A DNA stretch of 34,438 nt from a virus. Its lineage: Duplodnaviria > Caudoviricetes. The stretch spans positions 1 to 34,438 of the IMG/VR virus record IMGVR_UViG_3300042335_000112, one strand, 5' to 3'. Shown here piece after piece: positions 1-8,628 of this stretch. A program made the translations under genes and the position numbers. Position 1 is the first letter of the stretch, and every line of letters begins with the position of its first letter. The notes beneath the pieces were generated by a model that worked only from the letters and a program-made list of their open reading frames with translations, searched no databases and was not told where the DNA came from.

Positions 1-220
1 ACCCCGTATGAAGTGCCAGTGTAAACCGGGGCTTTGAGTTTGGCAAGGATAGTGCCAGCCGCATTTTTAACTACGGCAACGAATTTGAAATTTGTCTGCC
101 CTGAGTTGTTGCTGCTCAGTGTGTAAGTGATGTCGGAATAAACGGGGGTGATGTCGCCCGGTTCGTTTTCAATGGTAATCGCCACGCCTTAAAATGTACC
201 CAGTGGCTTTTCGGTGTAAG
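1..220. repeat. Terminal direct repeat / circular assembly overlap with 34219-34438
   Basis: 1-220 aligns to 34219-34438 with 6 substitutions (positions 59, 69, 72, 78, 87, 93). Confidence 0.95.
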
Positions 221-221
221 G

Positions 222-818
222 TTAAGCAGGTTTGCGTTCTTCGAGTTTTACCGAAATCAAAATGCGCTGCCCGAATGCGTCAGATAAATGCTGGGCGATT
301 GCATCAATGTTTTGTGGGCTTAATACCTCTTGAACAAAGTTTGCGCCCTTGTAACCGAACCTTTTAATCGTTCCCTTTTCTTTAATTTTGGCAGCAATAG
401 CAACCGCAAAAGAAGTTACGGCCTCTTGCATAGTTTGACCGGGTCGCGGCCTTACTGATTTTTTAACACTTGCTTTGCGATTTATCCATTCTTCAAGTGA
501 TTTAACTTCTACAATAGTGCCGGGTTTCTGTCCTTTGTCAACATTTTCCCAATAGTCTGCCATTTTGATATTCACTGCGACACCATTGGCAATCTGAAAA
601 ACCTCACTGGCATCAATACTGCTGCGAAGATTTTGGGTGGCAACAAGTTCTTTTTCGGTTAATTTATTGCGTAGTTCTTCGGTGAGCCTTTCAGCACATC
701 CAATCAATAACTGGTCAAGCAGACTGCCACTCTTTAAATCAGGGTCGTTTGCGTTCTTGCCAAGGTTCGCCAACGCCCCCCGGTTGATTGCATCTAATTG
801 CGCCTTTGATATGCTCAC
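222..818 (-). CDS. Putative virion neck/tail-completion protein (HK97 gp10-like)
   Basis: 198 aa, GTG start; 'ATQNLRSSI', 'YWENVDKG.KPG', 'IAAKIKEKG' resemble this family; lies in the tail module. Confidence 0.55.
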   Translation of the reverse strand: MSISKAQLDAINRGALANLGKNANDPDLKSGSLLDQLLIGCAERLTEELRNKLTEKELVATQNLRSSIDASEVFQIANGVAVNIKMADYWENVDKGQKPGTIVEVKSLEEWINRKASVKKSVRPRPGQTMQEAVTSFAVAIAAKIKEKGTIKRFGYKGANFVQEVLSPQNIDAIAQHLSDAFGQRILISVKLEERKPA

Positions 819-832
819 ACCTTTAAATGTAC

Positions 833-1147
833 CTAATCCAAAAGTTCTTGTAAAAGTGCCACCATATAAACATTGATATCCTTTGCCCTTTTCGCGTCGC
901 TGCTGGCTTGGTTAAGTCGTTCACCCCTTGCCCTGCCCCGTTCGTGTTCAAAAGAACAAGAGTTTAGAAACTCAATTATTCCCATTTTTAAAAAGTAGTC
1001 ATACTTCGCCCGGTCGCCCCGTGCCAACTTGTCAACGGTCTTTAGCCATATCAACCCGGCTCGGTCTTGCCTTCGAGTGTCTGCTTCATCATCTCCGCTT
1101 CCTCCTTTAAATAGTGAAGGATAGCGTCTTGTAATGCTGGCCAGCAA
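833..1147 (-). CDS. C-terminal (-1 frame) part of the tail assembly chaperone
   Basis: Open in the -1 frame right after a T9 slippery run; no good start codon of its own. Confidence 0.7.
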   Translation of the reverse strand: MLASITRRYPSLFKGGSGDDEADTRRQDRAGLIWLKTVDKLARGDRAKYDYFLKMGIIEFLNSCSFEHERGRARGERLNQASSDAKRAKDINVYMVALLQELLD

Positions 1148-1632
1148 GTCGAAAAAAAAAGCGTGTAAGCGTATGCCAACGAGATAGGCATTTTGTTTTT
1201 GAACAACTCTGCCACCCGGTCAAAGTCTTGTGCTTTCAGTTCGCATCGCTTTGGCCACATAACTCGGTACGGAACGCACAACGCTGCCATAATCTTATGC
1301 AGGTTGTCTATCCAATTACCGGACTGAATTAAATCCTGAATAGTTATGAATTGCCCAGCCGTTAACTGATGCTGGTTTGCCGCGAATTTATAGACATAAT
1401 TTCCGCACCAAAATCCGGTGATGTGTTTCGGCTTGGGTAAATCAGACATGAACGCCAGTTTTGCGACTTGGTCGGTCACCTTGTATACGGGCAAGTCTTC
1501 GATTTTCTCCTGAGTGTAATTGCTCAAAACGGCCAGCGTCTTGATTTGATTATCAAAGGTCGGCTCAGTCAACTTTTGCAGCTGCTGAAATTGACCGATT
1601 GTGATTTGTTCCCAGTTCTTAGGTAGTTTCAT
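1051..1632 (-). CDS. Tail assembly chaperone
   Basis: 193 aa; 'LPKNWEQITIGQFQ' N-terminus; LFF slippery site at 1152-1160. Confidence 0.7.
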   Translation of the reverse strand: MKLPKNWEQITIGQFQQLQKLTEPTFDNQIKTLAVLSNYTQEKIEDLPVYKVTDQVAKLAFMSDLPKPKHITGFWCGNYVYKFAANQHQLTAGQFITIQDLIQSGNWIDNLHKIMAALCVPYRVMWPKRCELKAQDFDRVAELFKNKMPISLAYAYTLFFSTCWPALQDAILHYLKEEAEMMKQTLEGKTEPG

Positions 1633-1709
1633 TTTACTATCTTATACCACAAATGTATGGTTATGCTTTTGATTATTTCGTATATGGCTATGGTAAAGAG
1701 TAGTTTCAT
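1629..1709 (-). CDS. 26-aa hydrophobic micro-protein (MKLLFTIAIYEIIKSITIHLWYKIVK)
   Basis: Translated by hand; ATGA overlaps at both ends; GGAGGT upstream. Confidence 0.55.
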   Translation of the reverse strand: MKLLFTIAIYEIIKSITIHLWYKIVK

Positions 1710-1877
1710 TTGTTACCTCCGTATGTTTTACCACACCTACTACATTTTGAAACTTTCGGCATACGACCATCATTCGGTACACATTCAAATTCGTCTATAC
1801 AATCTTGAATGGTGCAAATAAATTTATGCCAACCTATTTTGCATAAAAGTTTTTTCATTTGTTACCTCCGTATGTTT
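1704..1877. repeat. 25-bp direct repeat TTTCATTTGTTACCTCCGTATGTTT (1704-1728, 1853-1877)
   Basis: Exact repeat bracketing the 50-aa gene. Confidence 0.9.
1706..1858 (-). CDS. 50-aa Cys/His micro-protein (MKKLLCKIGWHK...CSRCGKTYGGNK)
   Basis: Translated by hand; ATGA-coupled; C-x4-H and CxxC suggest a zinc ligand set. Confidence 0.7.
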   Translation of the reverse strand: MKKLLCKIGWHKFICTIQDCIDEFECVPNDGRMPKVSKCSRCGKTYGGNK

Positions 1878-2070
1878 CGTTGTAGTATTGATCTGCCGTG
1901 TCTTGATAACCAACAAGTCGTTTAGATTCATGATGGCATCCAACACCAAAAGCGTCAACTATCTGCTCCTTCATCATTACTTTGGCTTGTTGGAAATCTT
2001 CCATTGTGTTGAAGCCATTTTTTAGGCGTCTTTGGTTTAACCATTCAACTGCTGTTTGTTTGTTTTTCAT
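1855..2070 (-). CDS. Small protein of the 'QTAVEWL...YYNETYGG' family
   Basis: 71 aa; similar to 15563-15763 and 15351-15566; TATATTTG 4 nt upstream of the ATG. Confidence 0.8.
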   Translation of the reverse strand: MKNKQTAVEWLNQRRLKNGFNTMEDFQQAKVMMKEQIVDAFGVGCHHESKRLVGYQDTADQYYNETYGGNK

Positions 2071-2087
2071 TCCACAAATATAATAAA

Positions 2088-3275
2088 TTATATTACATAA
2101 AAAACGCCCTTCTTATTTTTTTGGCAGCAGTGCCGGGCAAGTGCCAAGGCGCACACCGCGTCATCATGCAACCCTGATGGAGCAGAATATCGCATACCCG
2201 TTGCCGTGTGTTCAAATTCGAAGTTCCGCATCTCGTCCGCAATAACCCCCTCGGGAAAACCTATGGCAGCAGCGTGAACATCAGCGGTCAACTGCTCCAT
2301 CATTTGCTGTTTGCTTTGTGATGTGAACTTCACCCCGATAACCCGAGGGCAGCGTTTTTGGATTTTCTCTACAATCGGGTCGCCTACACCTGTGCTGTCA
2401 ATCGCACACGGAGTTGTGCCTACGAGTTCGATAATATGCTGCTCAGTCTGCGCCCAATCCTTTTGAAACCTCTCAAAGTGGCAGACATTGTAATCTTTGT
2501 CAAGCCCAATAATTACCGTCCAATCCGTGTATTTTGCAAGGTCGATGCCGTACCATTCAGCAGGTGCGGTCGATTGCGCTTTTATGCAGCGGTCGATGTA
2601 ACTCAGCCCGAACGGGTTGCTGCCGTCCTCTGTCGGTTCGGCCAAATACAACTCCGAAAATATATGCTGTGGCAGGTCGCGTTTCGCCTGCTCAATTTCG
2701 GCAGCGTCCAATATCCCAGCGTCCACCCCGTCATAAGCGGTGATTTTGTAGAACTGATACCCCGGTTCACCAGCCTTAGCCCGTTCAGACAACTTGTAAC
2801 CCCAATTCTTTTTGCCCTTTACATTCCCGATTAGTTTACATTTGCCCTGAGTTTTGGTTAATGTGGAACGGAGTGCGAACCAAGCTTCTTCTCGCGCCCT
2901 TGTGAACTCATCAAACACGGCTGCAAATACATCGTCTCCATATAGATTGTCGGGCTTTTCTGCCGACTTGAATTGAATAATCCCTCCCGTTGGTGTAATC
3001 AGTCGCAACTTGCTTTCATTGACTTTAAAAAACCCTTTGTCCGTTACCTGCGTACGCATACGATTAAACGCGATTTCTGCCTGCTGATACACCGGAGCCA
3101 CCCACCACACGGATTGATTTTCTTTTAAGGTTAACGCCTGCTCAAACAGCCAAATAATATGGCTGGCTGTCTTGCCTACTTTTGTGGCGGCAGCGGTTAC
3201 GGTGTACCTTGAAGGGCTGTCTAATATCGCCCGTTGGTAATCCGTTACGAATGGGCGGGTGTACCTGATATGCAC
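2088..3275 (-). CDS. terL: Terminase large subunit
   Basis: Walker A-like 'AATKVGKT', Walker B 'AVFDE', nuclease 'GIDLA', 'HDDAVCALALA'. Confidence 0.93.
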   Translation of the reverse strand: MHIRYTRPFVTDYQRAILDSPSRYTVTAAATKVGKTASHIIWLFEQALTLKENQSVWWVAPVYQQAEIAFNRMRTQVTDKGFFKVNESKLRLITPTGGIIQFKSAEKPDNLYGDDVFAAVFDEFTRAREEAWFALRSTLTKTQGKCKLIGNVKGKKNWGYKLSERAKAGEPGYQFYKITAYDGVDAGILDAAEIEQAKRDLPQHIFSELYLAEPTEDGSNPFGLSYIDRCIKAQSTAPAEWYGIDLAKYTDWTVIIGLDKDYNVCHFERFQKDWAQTEQHIIELVGTTPCAIDSTGVGDPIVEKIQKRCPRVIGVKFTSQSKQQMMEQLTADVHAAAIGFPEGVIADEMRNFEFEHTATGMRYSAPSGLHDDAVCALALARHCCQKNKKGVFYVI

Positions 3276-4294
3276 GATTTATAGAACTCTAATCGGTTTT
3301 CGTTTATGGCTTGGAAGTTATGGTGTGTGTTGCAGTATATCCGGTTGGCTTCACCCCGTGCCTCTTTTAAAGTGTCCATTGATTTAGTCATTGCCTTCAC
3401 CCAGCTTTCGGTTGTGTTTCCTGCATACATTATCCCGGGGTTGGCTTCCATTGTGCTGTAAGGCTTCACATAACTGGCAATCACTGGCAAGGCATACGCC
3501 CCGGCTTCAATGACTTTCAGTTCTGATTTGCAGTTGTTCCACTTGATATCTTCGAGGGGTGCAAGTGCCACATCGAATAAGCGGTAAAACAAGCCATATT
3601 CATTTACCTGCTGTGAGCCGCTAACCTTTACCTGCTCCCGTACCTTATCCGCGCTGCCATTAAATCGGTACAAAATAGACTGCCACAAGTGATGCGGTTG
3701 GTATCCGCATAGGTAGAACTCCACTTCGTTGGGGTAAGTGTCGCACATATAGGCTATCGCATCGCTTATGATCTGAATATCGTTGGCATGGGTAAGCCCA
3801 CCAACCCAGCCGAACCGCACCTTATCCGATTGCGTTTTTTCGCCCAGCCATTGTTCGTCCGTGAGGTTCAAAGCGTTGGGCAGCACACACACATTTGGGT
3901 TGATTTGCCGCACTTCATTTGCCAGTGTGTCGGTGGTTACAGTAACCCCAGCAGCGTAATGTATAGCGTCTTGCACCGCCCCTTTGAGGTCGTTTTGTTT
4001 CGCCCAGCGGTATGCGTGGTGAAACTTAGGTAGCCGCCAGTAATCGTCCACATCAATTACATAGGGTATATTGTGCTTTGCAAGGTGTACCAACACATCG
4101 TAATGCCGTTTGCCGATGTAGCGGTTAAACACCACCAAATCGTATTGCGTAAGGTTCGGAGTGCCTTTCTCGTTTATGTCATGGCAAATGTCGACTTCCA
4201 ATTCCGGGTGTGTAATTTGCAGGTATTTTAGGGGTGAGTAAAGGCGGTGGTATTCCACACCCCCCATTCCTTCCCAAAGTGCGAGTATCTTCAT
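3245..4294 (-). CDS. Glycosyltransferase (GT-B, GT4-like)
   Basis: 'VIDVDD', 'GWVGGLTH', 'DVALAPL...NNCKSELKVIEAG..ALPVIAS'. Confidence 0.85.
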   Translation of the reverse strand: MKILALWEGMGGVEYHRLYSPLKYLQITHPELEVDICHDINEKGTPNLTQYDLVVFNRYIGKRHYDVLVHLAKHNIPYVIDVDDYWRLPKFHHAYRWAKQNDLKGAVQDAIHYAAGVTVTTDTLANEVRQINPNVCVLPNALNLTDEQWLGEKTQSDKVRFGWVGGLTHANDIQIISDAIAYMCDTYPNEVEFYLCGYQPHHLWQSILYRFNGSADKVREQVKVSGSQQVNEYGLFYRLFDVALAPLEDIKWNNCKSELKVIEAGAYALPVIASYVKPYSTMEANPGIMYAGNTTESWVKAMTKSMDTLKEARGEANRIYCNTHHNFQAINENRLEFYKSCISGTPAHS

Positions 4295-4428
4295 TTTTTG
4301 ATATTCTTAATGTCGGCCATAATCATGCGAATAAGGGGGCTAACTATTTGCACATATTGAAACCTGAGTTTTAGTTTCACATTTGCCCGGTGGCGTGTGA
4401 GGTGTCTATGCTGAGCCCGTACTTTCAT
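4291..4428 (-). CDS. Small basic hypothetical protein (45 aa)
   Basis: ATG at 4428; stop overlaps the glycosyltransferase start. Confidence 0.45.
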   Translation of the reverse strand: MKVRAQHRHLTRHRANVKLKLRFQYVQIVSPLIRMIMADIKNIKK

Positions 4429-4561
4429 ATTTTTCAAGTTTTTTGCAGCGTTCAAATGTTTCTGCCATTGCCGCTTTGAATTGTTGCAGCGTGATTGCAC
4501 CTGCGATAAAATACGAAAAGTGTCGGTTCAATTCGTGGTCGTATAATTCTAATGCTGTCAT
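4406..4561 (-). CDS. Hypothetical protein (51 aa, MTALELYDHE...)
   Basis: Translated by hand; start overlaps the TerS stop (ATGA). Confidence 0.55.
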   Translation of the reverse strand: MTALELYDHELNRHFSYFIAGAITLQQFKAAMAETFERCKKLEKYESTGSA

Positions 4562-4929
4562 CCTAAGTCTAATGTGATTTTAATTTCGCCCTGCACCGTT
4601 TGATTTACATCGGCTGTTTCCTTTGGCTTTCCGTACACCCTGCTCAATAATGTTTCAATCGAATAAAGGCTGCCCTTCTCCAATGACTTCCGCATAGCGT
4701 TTGCAATCGTCTTTTCAAGTATCGTTGCCTTGGGGTTCTGCCACACCTCTTTTAGTTCTTCCAAGTCCATTGACAGCATCGCCTGAATAGTGTCGTTTAT
4801 TTCGGCAAGTTTGTACCCCTGCTCTTTGAGTAGCGTTACATACTTTTTCGGTCTGCCGTTCCTGTTAATTCTGTCAGGGTGGCTATCAAAACCATCACCC
4901 TTTTTCAGGTTGTCTAATTTATTGGCCAT
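4558..4929 (-). CDS. terS: Terminase small subunit (likely start MANKLDNL)
   Basis: 'NRNGRPKK' DUF5681-like N-terminus, 'LLSRVYGKPKE'; upstream of TerL. Confidence 0.7.
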   Translation of the reverse strand: MANKLDNLKKGDGFDSHPDRINRNGRPKKYVTLLKEQGYKLAEINDTIQAMLSMDLEELKEVWQNPKATILEKTIANAMRKSLEKGSLYSIETLLSRVYGKPKETADVNQTVQGEIKITLDLG

Positions 4930-6022
4930 CGGTTGTTTGTCGGTTGTAAGTTTGCCCGTTGCGTTTGATTTCAAGTGTCGGGTCAAGTTTAATCATGCGG
5001 TCAATAATGACTTGGCAGTACTTAGGGTCAAGTTCCATGCCATAACATTTGCGTTTTAGTTGGTGTGAGGCGACCATTGTTGAACCTGAACCGCAGAAAA
5101 TATCCAATATAGGTTTGCTATCTAAATAATTAATGCACCATTCCATAAGTTTTAGAGGTTTCATTGTAGGGTGTTCTTTTATTTCACCTCCCCAATGGTG
5201 TGATAACATTCTGCAATTCTTTCCTAAATTAGTCCATGCAAGTTCAAATTCACTAAAGCTTAAACCATCATTTTTTTTATGCCAACATAACCAATCATTA
5301 TTGATAGGAAGTTTATCAGCAAAATAATTGCCACCCCAAATTATTGCTTTATCAACAAATTGTAAAACATAATAGAAGTCAGGTACTTCATTATCCCAAT
5401 TTTCTCCTCTGTGAAATTGTTTTTTGCCAGTGCCTAATGTTTGTTTATTTGCATTGATGCCGTAAGGTGGGTCGGTAAGTAAATTGCATTTATCCCCGTT
5501 CATTAGCTTTTCCACTTGGTCGCTATCCGTACTATCCCCACAAAGCAAACGGTGTTCACCTATCTCAAACAAATCGCCCAGCACAATATCGGTTTCAATC
5601 TGCTCGGGCATCTCGTAATCATCTTCTTCTGCTGCCAATTCGATTGCATCCATAGGCGGCAACTCCAAACCCCACGCCTCTAATTTATCCGCATCCCATT
5701 CGTTTGCGAGTGTGTTCCAATCCCATTCACCAAAGCCCACATTGTCCTTAATCAAAAACTGCGCCCGTTGTTCTTCTGTCCATTCGTCTGCCAACATGAT
5801 AGGCACTTCGCCATGACCGATGTCTTGCAGTGCTTTGAGCCGCATATTGCCACCCAGCACGATATAGTTTTTGCCCTCGGTATAACAAACCAATGGCCGC
5901 TTTTCCAGCATCTCGGGAAAATCAATAATTGACTGCTTCAACTTTTCAAACCTTGCGTCCCGAATAGCACGGGGGTTGTTTGGGTTTGGCATCACCCGTT
6001 TAATTTCTACCCAAGTTATCAT
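4919..6022 (-). CDS. ParB-like N-terminal domain fused to an N6A/N4C DNA methyltransferase
   Basis: 'PNPNNPR...GGNMRLKA', 'HRLLCGDST', 'TDPPYG', 'HPTMKP', 'DIFCGSGST'. Confidence 0.9.
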   Translation of the reverse strand: MITWVEIKRVMPNPNNPRAIRDARFEKLKQSIIDFPEMLEKRPLVCYTEGKNYIVLGGNMRLKALQDIGHGEVPIMLADEWTEEQRAQFLIKDNVGFGEWDWNTLANEWDADKLEAWGLELPPMDAIELAAEEDDYEMPEQIETDIVLGDLFEIGEHRLLCGDSTDSDQVEKLMNGDKCNLLTDPPYGINANKQTLGTGKKQFHRGENWDNEVPDFYYVLQFVDKAIIWGGNYFADKLPINNDWLCWHKKNDGLSFSEFELAWTNLGKNCRMLSHHWGGEIKEHPTMKPLKLMEWCINYLDSKPILDIFCGSGSTMVASHQLKRKCYGMELDPKYCQVIIDRMIKLDPTLEIKRNGQTYNRQTTDGQ

Positions 6023-6621
6023 TTTTCGTATATCCTTACATTTTGATTTATGTGTTTGCCCACTTTGAACCCGTGTTTCTTCATCAGGAAATCAAGCCCG
6101 GCATGACTGAAAATTGTGCTGTGTCCAATACGGGGGTCAATGTAGCTGTCTCCTTCTGTTAACCAATCGCTAAAACTTGTTTCAATCATTACTTTGCCAC
6201 CGGGTTTCAATAGTAAATGTACCCCACTTAACTCAGGGAACGGGTATGACAAATGTTCTATAACCTCAATCATTGTAACGCAGTCATATTTGACATTGTA
6301 AAGGAAGTCAAATTCCGGGTTGTACGGATCATATCCATTTGACTTAACCCCTGTCTGCCTGAGATAGGACAAAAATTGTCCACGACCGCACCCGTAATCT
6401 AAAACATACCGATTGCTGGGTGTTATTTGTTTGATGCGTTCAAGACGGGTGGCGTTCAGTTCTTCGCTGTTTCGTTCTTCGTGCTTTTCACCCCCAACCT
6501 TATCCGCTTGGTTTAATGCCTTACAAAATAGATTGCCGAGGTCATCCCGGTAATATCGCACCCCCCATTTGCTGAATGCAAATTTTGCAGGGGTGTCGGT
6601 TATGGGCGATAGTTTACTCAT
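6019..6621 (-). CDS. Class I SAM-dependent methyltransferase (Methyltransf_23-like)
   Basis: 'VLDYGCGRG', 'YDCVTMIEVIEHL', 'LLKPGG'. Confidence 0.85.
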   Translation of the reverse strand: MSKLSPITDTPAKFAFSKWGVRYYRDDLGNLFCKALNQADKVGGEKHEERNSEELNATRLERIKQITPSNRYVLDYGCGRGQFLSYLRQTGVKSNGYDPYNPEFDFLYNVKYDCVTMIEVIEHLSYPFPELSGVHLLLKPGGKVMIETSFSDWLTEGDSYIDPRIGHSTIFSHAGLDFLMKKHGFKVGKHINQNVRIYEK

Positions 6622-7357
6622 ATTTATACTTCATGATTTGAATGAGGTTGACCAGAGTGAACGCCCCATATCCGTTCGCCCCCGTTGGGATTACATTATT
6701 GGCATACGGGCAGACTTCCACTATCCGTGGGTGCTTTATGATTTCGGCAATCGCATAGGCCATTGACTGATTTCCGATAAACAATTTGCTGCCCTTAATT
6801 ACTGAGGCCAACTCTGCGAAGTCTTGAACCTCGGTATAAGTCATGCCGGGAAGTTTGGCCGACAGCACCCGGTATTCTTCGGGCAGCCCCACAAATGTCA
6901 TTTTATCCGCATAGGGTTTCAAAACCATATAATCAAAGGTCGGGTTATGATACCGGGCTGTGCGGTTAATTACAATAGGCCGGGTTGTTTTTGGTTTGAC
7001 CGCAATGTCAATGGGCTGGGATAGGTCGCAAGTTAACCGGGGGTATGTGTGGAAGTACCATTGGCTTATGTGTCCGGTGTAATTGTGGAACTTTCGGAAG
7101 GTGTCGAAGTCATAATCTACCTGCCCCGGTTGTTCAGTAATCTGAATTGACTTAATAAACCCGGTTGCAAATAACAGCGGTCTGAGCATATCGCACATTC
7201 CATAAGTCAACTGCACACCTTTGTTTGGGTGTTCGCCCACGGATTGCAACGGCACATTTGGCACAAGTACCAGTTCAATGTCTTCACCTATTTGCCGCAT
7301 GGCTGGCAACGAATAAATCAGGTCGCCTGCGTTACCTGAGTGTTTTACTCTCTGCAT
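6614..7357 (-). CDS. Glycosyltransferase, GT9/heptosyltransferase-like (likely start MQRVKHSG)
   Basis: 'GNAGDLIYSLPAM', 'ELASVIKGSKLFIGNQSMAYAIA'. Confidence 0.75.
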   Translation of the reverse strand: MQRVKHSGNAGDLIYSLPAMRQIGEDIELVLVPNVPLQSVGEHPNKGVQLTYGMCDMLRPLLFATGFIKSIQITEQPGQVDYDFDTFRKFHNYTGHISQWYFHTYPRLTCDLSQPIDIAVKPKTTRPIVINRTARYHNPTFDYMVLKPYADKMTFVGLPEEYRVLSAKLPGMTYTEVQDFAELASVIKGSKLFIGNQSMAYAIAEIIKHPRIVEVCPYANNVIPTGANGYGAFTLVNLIQIMKYKYE

Positions 7358-7524
7358 AGTTCTTTGATAAAATCGGTTAAACAAGTTTGGCAAGGTGGCA
7401 ACCTGCGCCCCTTTCGCTTTTCATATTCCCTGGCAACCGCATCTGCAAGATCGGGAGGTAGCTGCATTGTTCCCGTCCGGTGCAACTGCTGCAAATGTGG
7501 GAATAGTTGCTCTTTGAGTGTCAT
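7345..7524 (-). CDS. Hypothetical protein, 59 aa with CxxC
   Basis: Translated by hand (MTLKEQLFP...PPCQTCLTDF); ATGA overlap with the upstream gene. Confidence 0.6.
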   Translation of the reverse strand: MTLKEQLFPHLQQLHRTGTMQLPPDLADAVAREYEKRKGRRLPPCQTCLTDFIKELCRE

Positions 7525-7778
7525 AGCTTTTTATCAATTATGGCTGCCACAATAGCGGCCAACGATGCAGCGGCCACGCCCCACATTTCGCCACGGTATG
7601 AATGATAAGACACCGACAGCCAAAAGGCCAAACAAAAGGCGCATTCAAAGGGCTTTACTGATTTGCGAAAGTAGCTGTTCTTCCCGGTCAAAAATGATAT
7701 GAACGGGGGGAAGAAGTAGCGGCTGGCCAACACGGCCAACGATGCCAGCAGAATTGATTTACTTATTATGTCTGTCAT
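7521..7778 (-). CDS. Small membrane protein (DUF1360-like CxxC..W)
   Basis: Hydrophobic segments; 'KPFECAFCLAFW'. Confidence 0.65.
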   Translation of the reverse strand: MTDIISKSILLASLAVLASRYFFPPFISFLTGKNSYFRKSVKPFECAFCLAFWLSVSYHSYRGEMWGVAAASLAAIVAAIIDKKL

Positions 7779-8295
7779 ATTGCCTCCTTATTTCATCTTT
7801 CATTGCTTGTATTATTTTTTGGATTTCTCTAAAATTGATTTTGCTATCACGGGCGACTTGCTTAATTGAACGGACTTTGGCATATTGTTCCCACAAGACA
7901 CCCACATACCAATCACTCCGGTCATGGTCATTCGCCACTCGGGAATACATATCGTTTGCGGTGTTGAGTGCAGATAGTTGCCGTTGGTATTCGTCCTCGT
8001 TGTATTCATCATCTTCGCCTTCTATGTCGTCCGGCAGGGTTTCGCTGGGCTTACGAAAGTCCCGGTAAAAACGCTGCTTTCCGTTGCCGTGATACAGCCT
8101 AACCAAAATGCGGATAGCCCACCATTTGAGGAAGCCGTCTGCATGAATTTTGCAGATTTCTTCATCCGACTTGGAACAAATGACCACCCAGAACTCTTGG
8201 TAAAGGTCGTCGGCAAGGTCGCCCCCGATGTTTTGGCAGGCTTCCCGTAACCAACTGGCTCGGGCAAGGTCGTTAAGAATGTCATCCCTTGTCAA
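7759..8295 (-). CDS. Phage RNA polymerase sigma-70/ECF-like factor
   Basis: Region 2-like 'LADDLYQEFWV...LKWWAIRI'; region 4 HTH-like 'SIKQVARDSKINFREIQKII'. Confidence 0.75.
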   Translation of the reverse strand: MTRDDILNDLARASWLREACQNIGGDLADDLYQEFWVVICSKSDEEICKIHADGFLKWWAIRILVRLYHGNGKQRFYRDFRKPSETLPDDIEGEDDEYNEDEYQRQLSALNTANDMYSRVANDHDRSDWYVGVLWEQYAKVRSIKQVARDSKINFREIQKIIQAMKDEIRRQYDRHNK

Positions 8296-8536
8296 GTTTT
8301 AATTGGTGTCGCTGTTGCAGGTATTCAAGCCATTGTTTGTTATCCCCGTACTTCGTATGGCAAATCCGGCACAAGGCCATAAGGTTTTCTATGCGGTCGG
8401 CAAACTTACTGCCACCCATGCCACGGGGTTTGATGTGGTGAATGTCAACTGCCTGGCTTCCACAGCACTCGCAGCCAATAAAATCGCTGCTGTCATAGCC
8501 GAAATGTTTAAGATATATCTTTGTGTGCTTTTGCAC
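8282..8536 (-). CDS. HNH endonuclease-like protein
   Basis: 'CECCG...DIHHI...ENLMALCRICH'. Confidence 0.85.
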   Translation of the reverse strand: MQKHTKIYLKHFGYDSSDFIGCECCGSQAVDIHHIKPRGMGGSKFADRIENLMALCRICHTKYGDNKQWLEYLQQRHQLKLDKG

Positions 8537-8552
8537 TCACAAAGTTTTGTGA
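8537..8552. promoter_or_regulatory. Operator-like inverted repeat TCACAAA-GT-TTTGTGA
   Basis: Perfect 7-bp arms abutting the start of the leftward operon. Confidence 0.45.
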
Positions 8553-8590
8553 ATTTTATCTAACTTTTTTAAAAAAATTATTCAGAAAGT

Positions 8591-8621
8591 TTGCACAATG
8601 TAAAATTATACACTACATTTG
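8591..8621 (+). promoter_or_regulatory. Bacteroidota-type promoter TTG-N20-TACATTTG
   Basis: Matches -33/-7 consensus; ATG 7 nt downstream. Confidence 0.8.
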
Positions 8622-8628
8622 CAGCACT

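Noticed and set aside
1650-1657. TACATTTG promoter upstream of the tail chaperone
   Set aside because: Lies inside a coupled 26-aa ORF with no -33 TTG at the proper spacing; probably incidental
4919-6022. Plasmid partition system
   Set aside because: The ParB-like domain is fused to an MTase next to terminase; no ParA or parS array seen
8521-8628. N-terminal extension of ORF 8521-8829
   Set aside because: Overlaps the divergent gene and promoter; ATG 8629 fits the promoter
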